From Pigmentiphaga sp. H8 (GTDB lineage: Bacteria; Pseudomonadota; Gammaproteobacteria; Burkholderiales; Burkholderiaceae_B), in NCBI RefSeq assembly GCF_003854895.1, contig NZ_CP033966.1, positions 1,722,689-1,746,688 on the forward strand: a stretch of 24,000 nt of DNA, read 5' to 3'. The first letter of the stretch is position 1. Each line of letters opens with the position of its first letter. This document shows positions 20,813 through 24,000 of this stretch, piece after piece. The notes beneath the pieces are model-generated. The model saw only the letters and a program-made list of their open reading frames with translations. It was not told the origin of the DNA and made no database searches. A program made the translations under genes and the position numbers.

Positions 20813-23574
20813 GGCGTGTCCGGTTCGGGATGGATGTCCGGCGGCGTGCCCAGGGGCAGAGTGAACGCGAAACGCGCGCCGCGTCCGCCCGGCGCGGCTT
20901 CGAGCCCGATGTCGCCGCCGTGGGCGCGGATGATGGCCTGGCAGACGGCCAGGCCCAGGCCTACGCCTGGCGTGGACGATTCGCGTTCGCCGCGGGCGAA
21001 CTTGTCGAAGATGCGGTCCGCGATGTCTGGCGGTACGCCGGGGCCATCGTCGGTCACCAGCGTGGCAAGCCGGTCGCCGCGGATTTCGGCGTCGATGCGC
21101 AGGGTGCTGGACTCGGGGGTGTACTTGATGGCGTTCTCGAGCAGGTTGCACAGCACGCGTTCGATCAGGACGCCGTCGCATTCCACCAATGGCAGGTCGG
21201 ACAGGCGGCCCACGGCGACGCGTCGTTGGCCCAGGGCATCGCGCATGTAGGCCAGCGCCGATCCGACCAGTTCCTCGATGGACTGCCATTCGCGGTGCAG
21301 CGGCGCATCGCCGCTCTGCAGCCGGGCCATGTCGAGGATGTTGTCCACCATGGCGTGCATGCGGCGGGCCTGCACCGTCAGCCCGTGCAGCGCGTCGCGC
21401 ACCCCGCGCGGCAGTTCGGGATGCTGCCGCTGCAAGGTCTCCGATGTGCCGACCAGGCTGGTCAGCGGCGTGCGCAGGTCGTGCGAGACGGCGGACAACA
21501 GCGAGTTGCGCAGTTTCTCGGACTCGACGTTCAAGAGCGCATGCTGGGCGACTTCCACATAGTGCAGGCGTTCGAGCGCGATGGCCACCAGCGTGCCGTA
21601 GGCCGCCATCTGCCGGCGGCTTTCGGCGTCGTCCAGGTCGGGGCGGCCGCCACAGGCGATCGCCAGCACGCCGCGCGTGCGCATCGAGGCCTGCAGGGGC
21701 AGGTAGTAGAAGGCGCTGGTGGACAGCGTGGCCGTGCCGGCGCCGGCGGGCTGCCCGTGGTCGTAGGCCCATTGCGCCAGAGCCGGCTCCAGCCCCGCGG
21801 AGGCATCGGCCGGGGTCGCGGACAGCAGCCGGTCGGCGGTGTCCAGGACGTACAGCACGCAGTGGGTGTCGAAGGCCGCGTGGACATACGAGGACGTGGC
21901 TTCGACGATCTGTTCCGGCTGCAGCGCCGACGACAGCTCGCGCGCGAATTCGTACAGCCCGTGCGCCTCGGCCTCGCGGCGGACCGAGGTTTCGGCCTGC
22001 AGGCGCAGCCCCGCGGTCAACTGCCCGACCACGAGCCCCGCCGCCAGCAGGACGAGGAAGGTCAGCGCATACTGGATGTCGGAGATCGCGAAGGACCACA
22101 GGGGCTGGACGAACAGGAAATCGAACAGGCCGACGCTGACCAGCGAAGCAAGGGCGGCCGGCCCGCGGCCATGGCGCAGCGCCACCCCGATCACCGCCAG
22201 CAGGAACAGCATGACGATGTTGGTCTGGTGCAGCACCGGGAAGGCCAGCGAGGACAGCGCGGCCGCGGCGCCGCAATACACCAGCGCCCAGAGATAGGCC
22301 GGCAGGTGGGAGGCGCCGCGCGGCTGTCGCTCGCCGGCCCGCGCCGTTGCCGCCGCGCGCGCCGGCGCGGGCAGGGGTGGCGCGGCGATGCGGATCACGT
22401 CGATTTCCGGGCAGGCGGCCGCCAACAGGTCGGCGAAGCTGTGGCGGTGCCAGATCCAGCCCGGCGCCAGCAGCCGCGACAGCAGGCCCGACAGCGACAG
22501 GCGCAGGCGCCGCAGGCCGCCCGGCGCGGTGCGGCCCAGCACCACCTTGGTGATGTTGTGGCGCCGCGCGTAGCGCACCACGGCCTCGACCAGATCGGTG
22601 CCGCCCAGGACCTCGGTGCGGGCGCCCAGCGACTCGGCGTGCGCCAGCACGCGCCGCAGGGTGTCGTGCCGCGAAGCCGGCTGGGGCTGGACGCGCAGGC
22701 TCTCGATGGTGACCACGTGCAGTTCGCAATCGAGTTGCTGGGCGAGGCGATGCGCGTTGCGCACCACGTGGCCGGCATCGTCGGCGGCGATACAGGCAAG
22801 GACGGCTTCCCGGGTGCGCCAGATATCCGTGATGGCCCGGTCCAGCCGGTAGGCCTGGACGTCGTCGTCCACGTGTTCCGCGGTGCGCCGCAGGGCCAGT
22901 TCGCGCAGCGCGATCAGGTTGCCCTTGCGGAAGAAATGGCCGGCGGCGTGCCGGGCCTGCTCGGGCAGGTATACCTTGCCCTGGCGCAGGCGGCGCAGCA
23001 GCTCGTCGGCCGAGGTGTCGACCAGGATGATTTCGGCGGCGCCGTCGAACACGGCGTCGGGCACGGTCTCCCGTATCCGCACGCCGGTGATGCCTCCCAC
23101 CGCTTCGTTCAAGCTGTCCAGGTGCTGCACGTTCAGCGTGGTCCAGACGTCGATGCCGGCCGCGAGCAGTTCGTGCACGTCCTGCCATCGCTTGTCGTGG
23201 CGAGACCCAGGGACGTTCGAGTGAGCCAGTTCGTCCACCAGCACCAGGGCGGGCCGCCGCGCCAGCGCGCCGTCCAGGTCGAATTCCTTCAACACCCGTT
23301 CGCGGTAGCGGATCTCGGCCAGGGGCAGGGCAGGGATGCCGGCCAGCAGGGCCATCGTTTCCTTGCGCCCATGCGTCTCGACGACGCCGGCCACCACGTC
23401 CGCGCCTTGCTCCATCCGGTGGCGCGCGGCCTCCAGCATGGCGTAGGTCTTGCCGACGCCGGCCGAGGCGCCGAAATAGATGCGCAGCCGGCCGCGCGCG
23501 GCCGGCCGCCCGGCGGCATCGAGGTTCCTGAGCAGGGTATCGGGGTCGGGACGGCCGGGGGCGGCGGATGCCAT
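20785..23574 (-). CDS. kdpD: KdpD sensor histidine kinase
   Basis: 929 aa. N-terminal KdpD domain with Walker A 'GASAGVGKT', a Usp-like region and a TM block. The H-box is 'SHDLRTPLTSL', followed by HATPase blocks 'NLLENAIKY', 'DDGPGV' and 'GVGLGLAVC'. The 3' end overlaps the kdpE start by 28 nt. Confidence 0.95.
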   Translation of the reverse strand: MASAAPGRPDPDTLLRNLDAAGRPAARGRLRIYFGASAGVGKTYAMLEAARHRMEQGADVVAGVVETHGRKETMALLAGIPALPLAEIRYRERVLKEFDLDGALARRPALVLVDELAHSNVPGSRHDKRWQDVHELLAAGIDVWTTLNVQHLDSLNEAVGGITGVRIRETVPDAVFDGAAEIILVDTSADELLRRLRQGKVYLPEQARHAAGHFFRKGNLIALRELALRRTAEHVDDDVQAYRLDRAITDIWRTREAVLACIAADDAGHVVRNAHRLAQQLDCELHVVTIESLRVQPQPASRHDTLRRVLAHAESLGARTEVLGGTDLVEAVVRYARRHNITKVVLGRTAPGGLRRLRLSLSGLLSRLLAPGWIWHRHSFADLLAAACPEIDVIRIAAPPLPAPARAAATARAGERQPRGASHLPAYLWALVYCGAAAALSSLAFPVLHQTNIVMLFLLAVIGVALRHGRGPAALASLVSVGLFDFLFVQPLWSFAISDIQYALTFLVLLAAGLVVGQLTAGLRLQAETSVRREAEAHGLYEFARELSSALQPEQIVEATSSYVHAAFDTHCVLYVLDTADRLLSATPADASAGLEPALAQWAYDHGQPAGAGTATLSTSAFYYLPLQASMRTRGVLAIACGGRPDLDDAESRRQMAAYGTLVAIALERLHYVEVAQHALLNVESEKLRNSLLSAVSHDLRTPLTSLVGTSETLQRQHPELPRGVRDALHGLTVQARRMHAMVDNILDMARLQSGDAPLHREWQSIEELVGSALAYMRDALGQRRVAVGRLSDLPLVECDGVLIERVLCNLLENAIKYTPESSTLRIDAEIRGDRLATLVTDDGPGVPPDIADRIFDKFARGERESSTPGVGLGLAVCQAIIRAHGGDIGLEAAPGGRGARFAFTLPLGTPPDIHPEPDTPCSTTDPTS

Positions 23575-23601
23575 GTGTGGGGTCTGGGCGCGGACGGCGG
23601 A

Positions 23602-24000
23602 TCAGGAGCGGGGCTGCCGGTCCAGCGCAAGGTTGAGCTGGAGTACGTTTACCACGGGTTCGCCCAGTATGCCGATGAACGGCCGCTGCGTATGCGCGGC
23701 GATCAGTTTTTCCACCTCGTCCGAGGACAGCCCGCGCTCGCGTGCCACCCTCGGCGCCTGGTAGCGGGCGCCCGCCACGCTGATGTGGGGATCCAGGCCG
23801 CTGCCCGAAGCGGCAACCAGGTCCACCGGGATCGGCGCCGCGTTGCCCGGGTCGGCCCGCCGCAGCGCCAGGGCGCGCTCGCCGGCCAGGCGCGCCAGGT
23901 CGGGATTGCTCGGCCCGAGGTTGGAACCGCCGGAAGCTTGCGCGTTGTACGGGCGGTCGGCGGTGGCCGAGGGACGGCCCCAGAAATAGCGGGGCGCGGT
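23602..24000 (-). CDS. kdpC: KdpC, potassium-transporting ATPase subunit C (N-terminus lies beyond the window end)
   Basis: The minus-strand frame has no stop from 24000 down to TGA at 23602-23604. I translated it as '...RYFWGRPSATADRPYNAQASGGSNLGPSNPDLARL...PVDLVAASGSGLDPHISVAGARYQAPRVA...', matching the conserved KdpC C-terminal half. The stop lies 27 nt upstream of kdpD. Confidence 0.9.
   Translation of the reverse strand, partial: TAPRYFWGRPSATADRPYNAQASGGSNLGPSNPDLARLAGERALALRRADPGNAAPIPVDLVAASGSGLDPHISVAGARYQAPRVARERGLSSDEVEKLIAAHTQRPFIGILGEPVVNVLQLNLALDRQPRS

Noticed and set aside
1-24000. Search for mobile elements, CRISPR arrays, tRNA/rRNA genes, long direct or inverted repeats, and defence-system genes.
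   Set aside because: I found no transposase, integrase or recombinase-like ORFs. There is no regularly spaced repeat array, no cloverleaf-compatible tRNA-like segments in the intergenic regions, and no nuclease, helicase or ATPase genes typical of defence systems. The only recurring string noticed (GGAGACACCC upstream of two starts) is a ribosome-binding context.

Overview
High-GC (betaproteobacterial-looking) chromosomal segment. An Alcaligenaceae/Bordetella-Achromobacter-like origin is an inference from the GC-rich codon usage and the three 'Bug'/TctC-type periplasmic binding proteins. I support 21 protein-coding genes (two cut by the window edges) plus a few candidate regulatory sites. I saw no rRNA, tRNA, CRISPR array, transposase/integrase or long repeat.

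Layout:
(1) A partial 3' gene end and a convergent pair of LysR regulators.
(2) A divergent catabolic-looking cluster. One arm is cupin-Bug-LysR on the minus strand. The other arm is HpcH/HpaI aldolase-DUF1330-Bug-self-sufficient P450 on the plus strand, where the P450 is fused to an FMN/NADH/[2Fe-2S] reductase.
(3) A Cys-motif permease, divergent from a MucR/NbdA-like MHYT-GGDEF-EAL c-di-GMP enzyme. The 5' leader of that enzyme gene carries a terminator-like hairpin with a competing upstream pairing. An MFS transporter follows.
(4) A five-gene minus-strand operon (flavin reductase-VOC-luciferase-like monooxygenase-alpha/beta hydrolase-Bug), divergent from an IclR regulator across an AT-rich region with a perfect palindrome.
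(5) A small secreted DUF4148 protein and a membrane GGDEF cyclase with an I-site.
(6) kdpC(partial)-kdpD-kdpE.

The most interesting items are the two uncharacterised oxygenase clusters and the candidate riboregulatory leader upstream of the MHYT-GGDEF-EAL gene. None of these is a recognisable defence or mobile system. Most long ORFs antisense to or overlapping the called genes are high-GC artefacts. All functional calls come from motif recognition by eye, not from database searches.
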